Shown: positions 50,322 through 59,799 of the stretch, in pieces
Layout of the letters: each line of letters begins with the position of its first letter
Position numbering within the stretch: the stretch's first letter is position 1
Assembly (NCBI GenBank): GCA_048940925.1
Contig: JBHLOC010000011.1
Location: 38,453-102,452, forward strand
Direction: 5' to 3'
DNA from: Promethearchaeota archaeon
GTDB taxonomy: Archaea; Asgardarchaeota; Lokiarchaeia; Sigyniarchaeales; SOKP01
Length of the DNA stretch: 64,000 nt
Program-made: the position numbers and the translations under genes
The notes under the pieces: model-generated
The model's input: the letters and a program-made list of their open reading frames with translations, nothing else
Databases searched by the model: none
What the model was told of the DNA's origin: nothing

Positions 50322-50855
50322 ATACCCTTTACACCTTTTCACCTTGATCCTGGTTTAGGCATAGGATTACCGCTTAAGAATTATATACACACACCAACTT
50401 TTTTATTATCTAATGTAATCCTTGATGTAGAACCATTTATTGTAAGCTTTTTCGAATTAAATTATCCCTTACATGGTTATTTGCATACTTTTTTACTTGC
50501 ATTCGTTGCTGGGTTGTTAGTAGGATATATAATGTTTTTACTTGAAAAATTTTTACGTCCAGTCTACGAATTTCTCGTATTAGAGTCGTCAAATAATAAT
50601 TTAAATTTAAAATCTTTTATATTTGCTGGAAGTTCAGATACAATTCTTCATGTATTGCTGGATTCACCTCTTTATAGTGACATTTTACCTTTTTTTCCAT
50701 TACAAATAAATCCATTATATTATGCCTCGATCTCCTCTGAAATTTATAGTCTATGTATATTAATGGGATTATTTGGAATATTATACTATGTAATTTTATT
50801 TTTCCTCTTTCACTTCAAGAAATTAAAAGAAACTAATGATAATAATAATTATTAA
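50322..50855 (+). CDS. Membrane-bound metal-dependent hydrolase-like protein
   Basis: Frame extends upstream of the track start: (ATA)PFTPFHL...NVILDVEP..YPLHGYLHT..HVLLDSPLYSDI.P. Confidence 0.72.
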   Translation: MPFTPFHLDPGLGIGLPLKNYIHTPTFLLSNVILDVEPFIVSFFELNYPLHGYLHTFLLAFVAGLLVGYIMFLLEKFLRPVYEFLVLESSNNNLNLKSFIFAGSSDTILHVLLDSPLYSDILPFFPLQINPLYYASISSEIYSLCILMGLFGILYYVILFFLFHFKKLKETNDNNNY

Positions 50856-50928
50856 GTAGATTTTCTTCATATTAATCAAATATAAAAGGTTTAAATTTAT
50901 GATAAAACTTTAAGATTTAAATAATATT

Positions 50929-51429
50929 ATGGAAAAGTCAAAAAAGGTTTATGAAAGTGCATTAATTTTTTCTGTTTTTCTGGTTTTAGTTGGAGTGATA
51001 GGGTTAAGGTTCACTTACCTTATCTATCCCTCTTTAATAGCATCTTATGGGGGTGAAGAACATTTTTATTTGGATTATAATAATGACTTTACAGAAAATT
51101 TTCCTTTTATCACAGATACAAGGCTTACCTTAAAAATTGAGGCGAATGATACAATACAAATTTATATAGATGAAATTAATGTTTATAATGGAACTAAATA
51201 TGAAATTATAATAGAACCTAAAAATATTGTTTTAATAAAATTCAAATCCGAGTGTCGAGTTGAAGGAAAATTTACTGCCCGACAAGAAATCCCGTGGGTT
51301 ATGAAATTTGGATCTTATGGATTACTTTGTATCGGGATTATATCAACTGGATTATCAGTATTATTATTTATTAGGTCAAAAAAAAAATATTGCTTGAATA
51401 AACTCATAAATTTATCACATTCATCTTAA
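50929..51429 (+). CDS. Two-TM membrane protein with an extracytoplasmic beta domain
   Basis: N- and C-terminal TM helices. Confidence 0.6.
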   Translation: MEKSKKVYESALIFSVFLVLVGVIGLRFTYLIYPSLIASYGGEEHFYLDYNNDFTENFPFITDTRLTLKIEANDTIQIYIDEINVYNGTKYEIIIEPKNIVLIKFKSECRVEGKFTARQEIPWVMKFGSYGLLCIGIISTGLSVLLFIRSKKKYCLNKLINLSHSS

Positions 51430-51493
51430 TATATTCTATTGAAAAAGTGAAAATTTCACTCTTTTAAAGAGAATAAAAAAATTAGTTTCTTTA

Positions 51494-52138
51494 CTAAAGA
51501 AAGTATTCTTTAAACATATTATGTTTTCTTTCTTCTCCCACAGAAGTAAGAAATCCCTCGTAAGAATGACCTGAAAAAATAAGAAAATTATCCGTAATGT
51601 CGGGATTATACATAATTTTATTCCTAATTGAATCAAATAATTCTTTTGGGTTTCCTCCTCCGAAATCCGATCTCCCGATACTCCTTCGAAAAATTAAGTC
51701 ACCTGTGAAAATAATACCATCAATTTTTTGCCCCTCATACTCTTTTACATCCTTTGAATAGAAACATAATGAATCAGGGGCATGTCCTGGGGTCTCTAAG
51801 ACATGTAAAGTGAACTCACCAACTTTAATAGTATCTCCTTCTTTCAATTCTTTATTAGCTCCACTACCAGAAAATCTTCTAGATTTTTTATGAAACATAA
51901 TTGGAATATCAAAATAATTTGATACGACTCCAGCTGCTCCTACATGATCCCCATGCCCATGCGTAATCAAGATAGCGATTGGCTTTACGTCTAATTGTTC
52001 GATTGTTTTGATAATCTTCTCTGGTTCACTGCCAGGATCAATCACTACAACTTCTTTGGTTTCTGATGAACCAAATATGTAGGTATTGGTAATAAAAAAT
52101 CCAAGAACTAAATGTTTTAATATCAAAAAAAAAATCAC
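51494..52138 (-). CDS. Metallo-beta-lactamase-fold hydrolase (glyoxalase II-like)
   Basis: THGHGDH, TPGH, FTGD, GRSDF.GG, SGH. Confidence 0.92.
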   Translation of the reverse strand: MIFFLILKHLVLGFFITNTYIFGSSETKEVVVIDPGSEPEKIIKTIEQLDVKPIAILITHGHGDHVGAAGVVSNYFDIPIMFHKKSRRFSGSGANKELKEGDTIKVGEFTLHVLETPGHAPDSLCFYSKDVKEYEGQKIDGIIFTGDLIFRRSIGRSDFGGGNPKELFDSIRNKIMYNPDITDNFLIFSGHSYEGFLTSVGEERKHNMFKEYFL

Positions 52139-52174
52139 TTTTTAGGGAATAGAGGTTTAAATGTAAGAGAGCAT

Positions 52175-52459
52175 TTATTTCTTAATTAAATTGTTAATTT
52201 CATTTAATTTATTATAAACTTCTAATCCCTTTTCTGTTAATTTTATGTATTTAACCTTATTAGTATTTTCAACTTCTATCAAGCCCTTTTTAATGAGCTC
52301 GTCTTTTACTCGAAAAAATGAATTGTAGTAACTGAATTTATTGAGTTCATTATAGAACGTATGCTTATCAGTCTTGTAGTCTTTCTGATTAATCAACACA
52401 TGAAAGGTATCCTTGAATCCTTTCTTTTTTAGCAAACCTATTAATTCCTTAAAAATCAT
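52175..52459 (-). CDS. Small winged-helix DNA-binding protein
   Basis: ELIKKGLIE...IKLTEKG wing motif. Confidence 0.75.
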   Translation of the reverse strand: MIFKELIGLLKKKGFKDTFHVLINQKDYKTDKHTFYNELNKFSYYNSFFRVKDELIKKGLIEVENTNKVKYIKLTEKGLEVYNKLNEINNLIKK

Positions 52460-52788
52460 ATTCTATACCTAATTAAAATGATAATTATGTTATACTTAAT
52501 TGTAATTGAAAATTAAATGTGCTTAAAAAACCTTTTGATGATATAATATTCAAAAAAATTTTCACAAAGAACCTCATTTCTTTTAATTCGATGTTAAAAA
52601 TTTCATCTACAAAAGGAATAGCATGAACATTGTTTAAATATAATTTTTATGATTCTAAGTTATCTATCCAAATCGTGTGGCGTGGGAAAATTATGGGTAA
52701 AATTTAAATATGAGAAACACAATATGATCAATTAAAAAAAATTAAAAAATCTAAAAAATATTCGGAGGAATGATAAAAAGAGTAAAAA

Positions 52789-52944
52789 ATGTTAAAAAAA
52801 GATATAAAGCATATCAGTTCAGATATAATTAAAAGTGTTGAAAAAAGTGATAGGAAAGTCAATAAAATCCCTAATTTAGAATATTCTAAAATTAAAGAAA
52901 GAATAGTAGAAAATTTTATTGAGTGTATAACCAAAATAGGGTAA
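52789..52944 (+). CDS. Possible 51-aa small protein
   Basis: Manual translation MLKKDIKHISSDIIKS...KERIVENFIECITKIG*; no family recognised. Confidence 0.35.
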   Translation: MLKKDIKHISSDIIKSVEKSDRKVNKIPNLEYSKIKERIVENFIECITKIG

Positions 52945-53053
52945 ATTGATAATCCATTAAGAGTCTGAACAAATTACTAAATCTTTTTTACCTTTCTATA
53001 TTTTTTCAATATGCTATTTTATGATGATTATTTTAATAAATTTGATTTGAGAA

Positions 53054-53950
53054 ATGGTACTCGAATCTGATATCATAATTTTAGGACATTTAGCTAAAGA
53101 TATTATTGAGGTAGATAGAATAAGTTATACCTCATTAGGTGGTGCTGTTTATTACGGTGGAATTGCTGGTTCTCATATGGGATTAAAAATTGTGGTAATC
53201 ACGCGATTAAAGGAAGAAGATTATTCACTTTTAGAAGTTTTTAAAAAAAATGGAATAACTTATTACGTGCATCCCTCAGAGGAGACATCAGGTTTAAGGA
53301 ATATTTATTCATCTCAAAATATGGAGTTTAGAGATTATAAACCTCTTGGATTTGCAGGTTTATTTAAAAAAGAAGAGATCCCAGCCTCTCTCAAAACAAA
53401 GATATTTGTTATTGGTCCTATTATGGTAGGCGAAATCAATTTAGATTTATTACAATATCTTAAAAAGGAATATCCTAAAATTTTATGCCTAGATGTCCAA
53501 GGATTTATAAGATGTAGCGACACTAAAAAAGTGTTTTATTCTCAATTATCGATTAAAGAAAAGAAAGAAATTATTTCAGATATTTATGTGCTAAAGTTAG
53601 ATCAAAAAGAAGCTGAAATTCTAACAAACCAAGAAAATATTGGAAAGGCAGCAAATAATCTACTTAGATTTGGACCCAAAGAAATTCTTATCACGCATGA
53701 GAAAGGTATTAGTGTTTTTACTCGTAACAATTCTTTTTATTTTCCTTGGAGAAATAAGAATACAAATGGTAGAACTGGAAGGGGGGATACTGCATTTATT
53801 AGTTATTTGGGTTCTCGCCTAACCAAGAATCCCGAGCAATCCTTAAAATTTGCAGCAGCGCTTACATCACTAAAATTAGAATCTCCTGGACCATTTAATT
53901 TACCTTTATATCAAGTTAAAACTTTAATAAAAAGAGAGTATGAGATATAA
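53054..53950 (+). CDS. PfkB/ribokinase-family carbohydrate kinase
   Basis: GHLAKD, GGAVYY, LDVQG, TGRGDT anion-hole motif. Confidence 0.88.
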   Translation: MVLESDIIILGHLAKDIIEVDRISYTSLGGAVYYGGIAGSHMGLKIVVITRLKEEDYSLLEVFKKNGITYYVHPSEETSGLRNIYSSQNMEFRDYKPLGFAGLFKKEEIPASLKTKIFVIGPIMVGEINLDLLQYLKKEYPKILCLDVQGFIRCSDTKKVFYSQLSIKEKKEIISDIYVLKLDQKEAEILTNQENIGKAANNLLRFGPKEILITHEKGISVFTRNNSFYFPWRNKNTNGRTGRGDTAFISYLGSRLTKNPEQSLKFAAALTSLKLESPGPFNLPLYQVKTLIKREYEI

Positions 53951-54696
53951 TGAAGATTGGGGGCTTAATTGATATTTCTACTAAAGATATACCACAAAAG
54001 TCAGCTATGGTTATCTTTACAGTTGGATGTAATTTTCAATGTGATTATTGTCATAATAAATATTTATTACAACCTAATGTAGGAAGAGACTATGAAATCA
54101 CTGAATTAATGAAAACAATAAAAACTAACGTGCTTGTAAATGGAATAAGCATAAGTGGAGGGGAACCTACTTTACAACCTGATTTAATGGAATTATGTAA
54201 AGAAATTAATCGCATAGGAAAATATATCAGCATTGATACAAATGGTTCGAATCCTGAAGTTATAAAGGAAATAACACCCTATATTGATAGAGTCGCTTTA
54301 GATTTGAAAGGTCCAATGAATAAAGAAAAAATGGAAAAAATTACAGGAGTAAGTGTGGATCTTAATAAAATAATCGAAACAATCACATTCTTAAATCAAC
54401 AGAAAGAGCTTGATTTTGAAATTCGAACCACTTATGTAGGAAAATTATTATCTCCCAATGATTTTGAAGAAATTTTAATCTTTCTTGAAGATAATGGATT
54501 TACTGGAAATTTTGTGCTTCAACAATATCAATTTTTAGAGGGGGTAGGAGAACCATTTAAGAAAGTATTTTCAAAACCAGAACATGATTTTCTTCTTAAT
54601 CTTTTGAAACCATATAAAAATAGAAATTTTCCCTTTCAAATTTATTTAAGGGATGAAATTGTTGGGTATTGCAGCCTTGATGAAATATCAGTTTAA
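53950..54696 (+). CDS. Radical SAM glycyl-radical activating enzyme (NrdG-like)
   Basis: IFTVGCNFQCDYCHN, SGGEPTLQ, DTNGS, DLK, EIRTT; overlaps the kinase stop codon. Confidence 0.88.
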   Translation: MKIGGLIDISTKDIPQKSAMVIFTVGCNFQCDYCHNKYLLQPNVGRDYEITELMKTIKTNVLVNGISISGGEPTLQPDLMELCKEINRIGKYISIDTNGSNPEVIKEITPYIDRVALDLKGPMNKEKMEKITGVSVDLNKIIETITFLNQQKELDFEIRTTYVGKLLSPNDFEEILIFLEDNGFTGNFVLQQYQFLEGVGEPFKKVFSKPEHDFLLNLLKPYKNRNFPFQIYLRDEIVGYCSLDEISV

Positions 54697-55022
54697 AAAA
54701 ATAAGAGGTTTTACTGAATTTTTAACTTTGTGTTTTACTCAAAGATTTTATCTCTAGTTTTGAACAGATAATTGTTCCTTTTGGAGAGTCAATCTTATGA
54801 ATTCTTTCTGTTTGCTTTTTGTATTTCCAGAAGTTTTTAGTTGGTACAAAAGATTTTTCATGAAATTTGTCTGGAAAATTAGGAAAAAACTTTTCTTTAA
54901 ATTTTGGAATATTACTATTTTATATCCACTTTAAATGCAATTATATAATTGAATCATTAATTATAAATAGTATTTAGCTTTCAAATTAATTTAAATGAAT
55001 TACTAATTTAGTTGATTATTAA

Positions 55023-57422
55023 TTGGCTACTGACTCTATGTCACCAAGGACTTTAAAATTAAAAAATCAGCTACTCTCCTGCAAATACGAGTTATGTATA
55101 GAACGTATGAAATATTTCACAGAAATCTATAAAAAGTATCCTAACGATCCTGAGATAATAAAAAGGGCAAGGGCTATAGCACATACCCTAAGAAATATGT
55201 CCATTTTCATTAGAGAAGATGAATTATTAGTTGGAAATGAAACAAGTAAAGATCTTGGTGAAAAAATTAATCTTGATTTATATCGTTATGACGGAACCTT
55301 TGATAAACGAAATAGTATTCAAAAATATGGTAAAAGGAAATTACAACCCTTTTTCATGGATGATAATGAGATTGATGAATTGTTTAAGATTATTCCTTTT
55401 TGGAAAGGAAAAGCTTTATATAGTGATTTAATCTCACAAAAACTTTTAGATCAAAAGTTAGTTGCTGGATTAAATAGAATAGTAACTGCAGCTCCGAATA
55501 TTGCAATAGTAAATGGAACTAATGAAGGTCATATATGTGTAGGATATCCAAAACTGCTAAAAAAAGGGTATATAGGAATTATAAAAGAAACAGACTCATA
55601 CCAGTCAAAATTGAATCAAGATGACAATGATTATCAAGATAAATTTAATTTCTATGAATCTGTAAAAATTTGTTATAATGCAGCTATACAATTTTCGAGG
55701 AGATATTCTGAACTTGCATATAAGATGGCTTCAAATGAAAAAAAAGAGAAAAGAAAGAAAGAGCTTGAAGACATTGGAGCCATGATGGAGAAATTTACTA
55801 GGGGAACTGTTGAGTCATTCTTTGAAGCAGTTCAACTAATCCATTTTACTCAAAATATTATAAATATAATTTATCAAAGAAGTGTAGTTGCACTTGGTAG
55901 ATTGGATCAAATTCTATGGCCATATTACAAAAAAGATTTAGAAGAAAAAAAGATTACGAAAGAATTTGCTTTAGAGCTTATTGAAGAACTAAATCTAAAG
56001 CTCACTTGGAATGTCACATTACTACCCTCAGATTATACTACAATAGCAAATGCACTTGGACAGAATACGCAGACAATAACTATCTCAGGTATAAATAAAG
56101 AGGGGCTTGATGCAACAAATGAACTTTCTTATTTATTTCTAGAAGCTTATAAGAATATTAAAGTATTAACCACTGATCTCTCAATAAGAGTGCAAAAAAA
56201 TACACCAGCCAAATTCTTAAAAGAAGCAATAAAGGTTTTTCAATTCACATCAGGTATCGCTTTTTATAATGATGATATAATTATTCCTGCTATGAAAAAA
56301 GCTGGATATACTATAGAAGATGCTCGTAATTATGCAATAATAGGATGTGTTGAGCCCACAAGTCAAGGGAATACATTTGCAGCAACAGGTCGCATGTTTA
56401 TAAGCTTACCCGGTGTGCTTGAGCTCACTTTAAATAATGGATATTGCAATTTAACCCAACAGATAAGCGGATTGATAACAGGAGATCCTAGTAAATTTCT
56501 AAAATTTGAAGATTTTAGAAAAGCCTTTATTCAACAATTACGCTACAATATCGAAAAGGCTGTAAAAATAGCAGAAATAGGAGATAAGGAAACATTCAAT
56601 TATTTTCCTCAACCCTTTGTTTCTGCTATGATTGATGGATGTATGGAAAAAGGAAAAGATTATACTGGAGGAGGAGCGATTTACAACTTTTCTTCTATTA
56701 CAGCTTATGGTTTTGCTACTCTGGTAGATTCATTTTATAATTTGAAGAAGATTGTATATGATGAGAACATGATGCATCTACAAGATTTTGTAGAAATTTT
56801 AAATTCTAACTTTCAAGGGCAAGAAGAACTAAGACAACGATTAGTTAATAAATATAACAAATGGGGAAATGATAAAGAAGATATAGATCAGTTCGCTAAA
56901 GAGTTATGGGATTTATTTTGTCATGAAGTAGTAAAACATAAATCTATAAGAAGTGGAAGTTATAATCCAGGAGCGTATTCAATGGGAATACATGTTTTAG
57001 AAGGAATGTTTACTAAAGCTTCTGCGGATGGTAGAAAAGCTACGCAACCATTATCAAACAGTTTATCCCCTGTAAATAGAGTTGAGAAAAATGGTCTTAC
57101 AGCTACATTGAATTCGATTGCTAAACTAAATTATGAAAACGCACTCAATGGAGTTGCTGTAAATATTAGAATCCATCCCCAGAATCTTTCAAATAAAGAA
57201 AATATTGATAAGTTTTATCACCTTCTCAAGGGTTACTTTAATTCAGGAGGAATGCAATTACAACCTACAGTCGTCTCAACTGAGACATTAAGAAACGCTC
57301 AGAAACATCCGGAAAAATATAATGATTTGATAGTAAAAGTTGGGGGTTACAATGCTACATTTGTAGATCTTGGCACCCCTATTCAAAATGATATTATTAA
57401 TAGGTTAGAATATAATTTTTAA
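55023..57422 (+). CDS. Glycyl radical enzyme, PFL2/eliminase type, substrate unknown
   Basis: GRLDQ, IGCVEP Cys loop, KWGND, DGR, LIVKVGGYNATF glycyl motif. Confidence 0.92.
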   Translation: MATDSMSPRTLKLKNQLLSCKYELCIERMKYFTEIYKKYPNDPEIIKRARAIAHTLRNMSIFIREDELLVGNETSKDLGEKINLDLYRYDGTFDKRNSIQKYGKRKLQPFFMDDNEIDELFKIIPFWKGKALYSDLISQKLLDQKLVAGLNRIVTAAPNIAIVNGTNEGHICVGYPKLLKKGYIGIIKETDSYQSKLNQDDNDYQDKFNFYESVKICYNAAIQFSRRYSELAYKMASNEKKEKRKKELEDIGAMMEKFTRGTVESFFEAVQLIHFTQNIINIIYQRSVVALGRLDQILWPYYKKDLEEKKITKEFALELIEELNLKLTWNVTLLPSDYTTIANALGQNTQTITISGINKEGLDATNELSYLFLEAYKNIKVLTTDLSIRVQKNTPAKFLKEAIKVFQFTSGIAFYNDDIIIPAMKKAGYTIEDARNYAIIGCVEPTSQGNTFAATGRMFISLPGVLELTLNNGYCNLTQQISGLITGDPSKFLKFEDFRKAFIQQLRYNIEKAVKIAEIGDKETFNYFPQPFVSAMIDGCMEKGKDYTGGGAIYNFSSITAYGFATLVDSFYNLKKIVYDENMMHLQDFVEILNSNFQGQEELRQRLVNKYNKWGNDKEDIDQFAKELWDLFCHEVVKHKSIRSGSYNPGAYSMGIHVLEGMFTKASADGRKATQPLSNSLSPVNRVEKNGLTATLNSIAKLNYENALNGVAVNIRIHPQNLSNKENIDKFYHLLKGYFNSGGMQLQPTVVSTETLRNAQKHPEKYNDLIVKVGGYNATFVDLGTPIQNDIINRLEYNF

Positions 57423-57464
57423 AATATTTTGATTAACAAAATTAAGAATCATAATCAATGGTAA

Positions 57465-58121
57465 TTATTTAGAAGAAAAAAGCAAATTAATCTTCTGTTT
57501 TGAAAAGTATTGAATTGCATAAGCAGTATATCCCCCGAAAAAAGCATTAATGATCATCCAGGGTAGACAGAAATATGCTACTCCAAGAAAAGAGCCCGGA
57601 TCTGTAAATGATCCTGCACCCCATCCAGTTTTATAAAAAAAACCGATTGCAATAATAACAGTAATAAAATAAACAAGACTCATAATAACTCCTGTACAAC
57701 CTGCAACTAACTTTTCATTAATACTGGTTTTTTCTTTAAGTAATTTATAAGATATATCAGCAGAAAATCCTGTTATTAGCCCAAATATACAATATCCAAC
57801 TACTCCCCAAATACTATTCAAATATTCTAATTCAAAATACGCTTCTACAAAAAAACCGATAACAGCATAAGGAAGCCAAAGATAAAATCCCATCCCAAAT
57901 GTTTTACTTCTTAAAATTGCATAAACAACAATCAAACTACTAAAATAAGAAATCATGTATACATAGAACATAGCTAAACCGTAATAAGGCTCCAAAACAC
58001 CAAATCCCTTTGTATCGGTGCCAGAATAAAAATCCCAGAAAAAGATCGAGAAATTAAGTAATAGCATCAATAAAGTGCTGTATATTAACCAAATCTTAAT
58101 ATTTGCATTTTTGATTTTCAT
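57465..58121 (-). CDS. Six-TM membrane protein (possibly ECF S-component-like)
   Basis: Hydrophobic, Gly-rich helices; function not recognised. Confidence 0.6.
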   Translation of the reverse strand: MKIKNANIKIWLIYSTLLMLLLNFSIFFWDFYSGTDTKGFGVLEPYYGLAMFYVYMISYFSSLIVVYAILRSKTFGMGFYLWLPYAVIGFFVEAYFELEYLNSIWGVVGYCIFGLITGFSADISYKLLKEKTSINEKLVAGCTGVIMSLVYFITVIIAIGFFYKTGWGAGSFTDPGSFLGVAYFCLPWMIINAFFGGYTAYAIQYFSKQKINLLFSSK

Positions 58122-58223
58122 TTTTGATATTTAATTTTTAAGTGCTCATTATTTATACTAAAATTTACTATATTTATTTGATTATTGGAGACCATTTTTT
58201 TTTATTATTGTGAATGAATAAAT

Positions 58224-58736
58224 TTGCCTGATTGCTATTTTTGTAAAAAAAATATTGATGATATTCCCTATAGATGTACATTCTGTGGTATGTTATTCTG
58301 TAATGCACATCGCTTACCTGAAAACCATAATTGCCCATTTGATTTAAAGAAATCATCTGAATTTGAAGATTTAATTAATAAATGGGATATACTTTATCAA
58401 GATGCTCTTGATTTTATGAACAAAGATTTAACAGTTGCCAAGATTTATGAATACTTCACTACAAAACAATTGAATGATGAAGAAGCAATAGAATTATTAA
58501 CATATATCTTAGAAAATAGTGATGACACTGAAATTCGAAGAATAAGTATTTTGGCGTTCAAAGTATTGGAGCTGAAGAAAGATAAAGCCTTTACTACCCT
58601 TGAGAACTGTATTCTTACAGAAGAAGATATAACTGTGAAAAAAACAGCTATAGAGGTAATTCAATATATTTTTCCAAAAAAAAGTAAAGATCTTATAAGA
58701 TGGGTTAATACCCATAATAAGAATTTTCTTGATTAA
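58224..58736 (+). CDS. AN1-type zinc finger + HEAT-repeat protein
   Basis: CYFC...CTFCGMLFCNAHRLPENHNC followed by HEAT-like helices. Confidence 0.85.
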   Translation: MPDCYFCKKNIDDIPYRCTFCGMLFCNAHRLPENHNCPFDLKKSSEFEDLINKWDILYQDALDFMNKDLTVAKIYEYFTTKQLNDEEAIELLTYILENSDDTEIRRISILAFKVLELKKDKAFTTLENCILTEEDITVKKTAIEVIQYIFPKKSKDLIRWVNTHNKNFLD

Positions 58737-58767
58737 ATAAGAGAAAATCTTTAAAAAGTGAGTTTTA

Positions 58768-59595
58768 ATGAGTATATCATACGAATTAGAATCTATCACT
58801 CCTTTAACAGTAGCTAATACTACTGGTGAAGGTCGTGGTAATGCGGGTGGTCTTTCTTTACGTAATTTTTGTGTTGCTATTGACAGTACGATGTATGTGA
58901 AAACGGGAGAATTGCTTAGAAAGAATTTAGAAAGTCATTTTGATGTTCCAGTTAAATATCTAGTTGTTACTCATTATCATGGAGACCACATATTTGGCTT
59001 CAAACCCTTTAAAGATGTCTGTATCCTAAGCAGTGAATTGACATCAAAGCTGATGCTGAATAAGGAAACTAAATCTCGTTATCAAGGCTTTATTAAAGAA
59101 TTAGCAAAAGAAGGGCCAATTGGTGAAGATATTGAATATATCGTTCCCACACTTCTGTTTACAGATAAATTAATTATTCAAGATGATGATTTATACATTG
59201 AGATTTTCCATACAGGTGGACATACTGCCGGTAGTTCTTTTGTCAATTTCCCTCATGAAAAAGTTGTTTTCGCAGGAGATCTAATTTTTGAAAATACATT
59301 TCCTTATGCAGGTGATCCTACTTGTAGCCCTGAACTTATAATTAAGGCATTGGAGAAAATGCAGGACATCAAGGCAGATATCTATATTCCAGGACACGGC
59401 CCGATTTTAAAAGGACCTAGTGCACTAGATAGACACATTAAATTCTATAAAGATCTCAGGAATATTATAAAGGATGCTATAAAAGACAACCTTAAACCAG
59501 CAGACATTTCTGTTCCAGATGTTTTTGGAGAACCTGAAGTCGGACGCAAAAATATGACCGTAAATACGTGGTTAAATTTTTATAAAAGCAAATAA
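58768..59595 (+). CDS. MBL-fold metallohydrolase (cyclase-like)
   Basis: GNAG, THYHGDH, GHT, FAGDL, PGHG. Confidence 0.9.
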   Translation: MSISYELESITPLTVANTTGEGRGNAGGLSLRNFCVAIDSTMYVKTGELLRKNLESHFDVPVKYLVVTHYHGDHIFGFKPFKDVCILSSELTSKLMLNKETKSRYQGFIKELAKEGPIGEDIEYIVPTLLFTDKLIIQDDDLYIEIFHTGGHTAGSSFVNFPHEKVVFAGDLIFENTFPYAGDPTCSPELIIKALEKMQDIKADIYIPGHGPILKGPSALDRHIKFYKDLRNIIKDAIKDNLKPADISVPDVFGEPEVGRKNMTVNTWLNFYKSK

Positions 59596-59799
59596 GCACG
59601 AAAAAATCAACTTTCTATATTTTTTATTTTTTCATTTAATTCTTTAATTATATTCAATTAAAATGAAAAGACAGAACTTTATATGAATATTATTAATTAT
59701 TAATTTAAAAATTCTAATCATAAATTTCTTTAATAAATTTTCTAAAAGAAATAAGCTAAAAAGAGATGTGTCTATCTTTTCTCCTTTATTAATTGAAAA

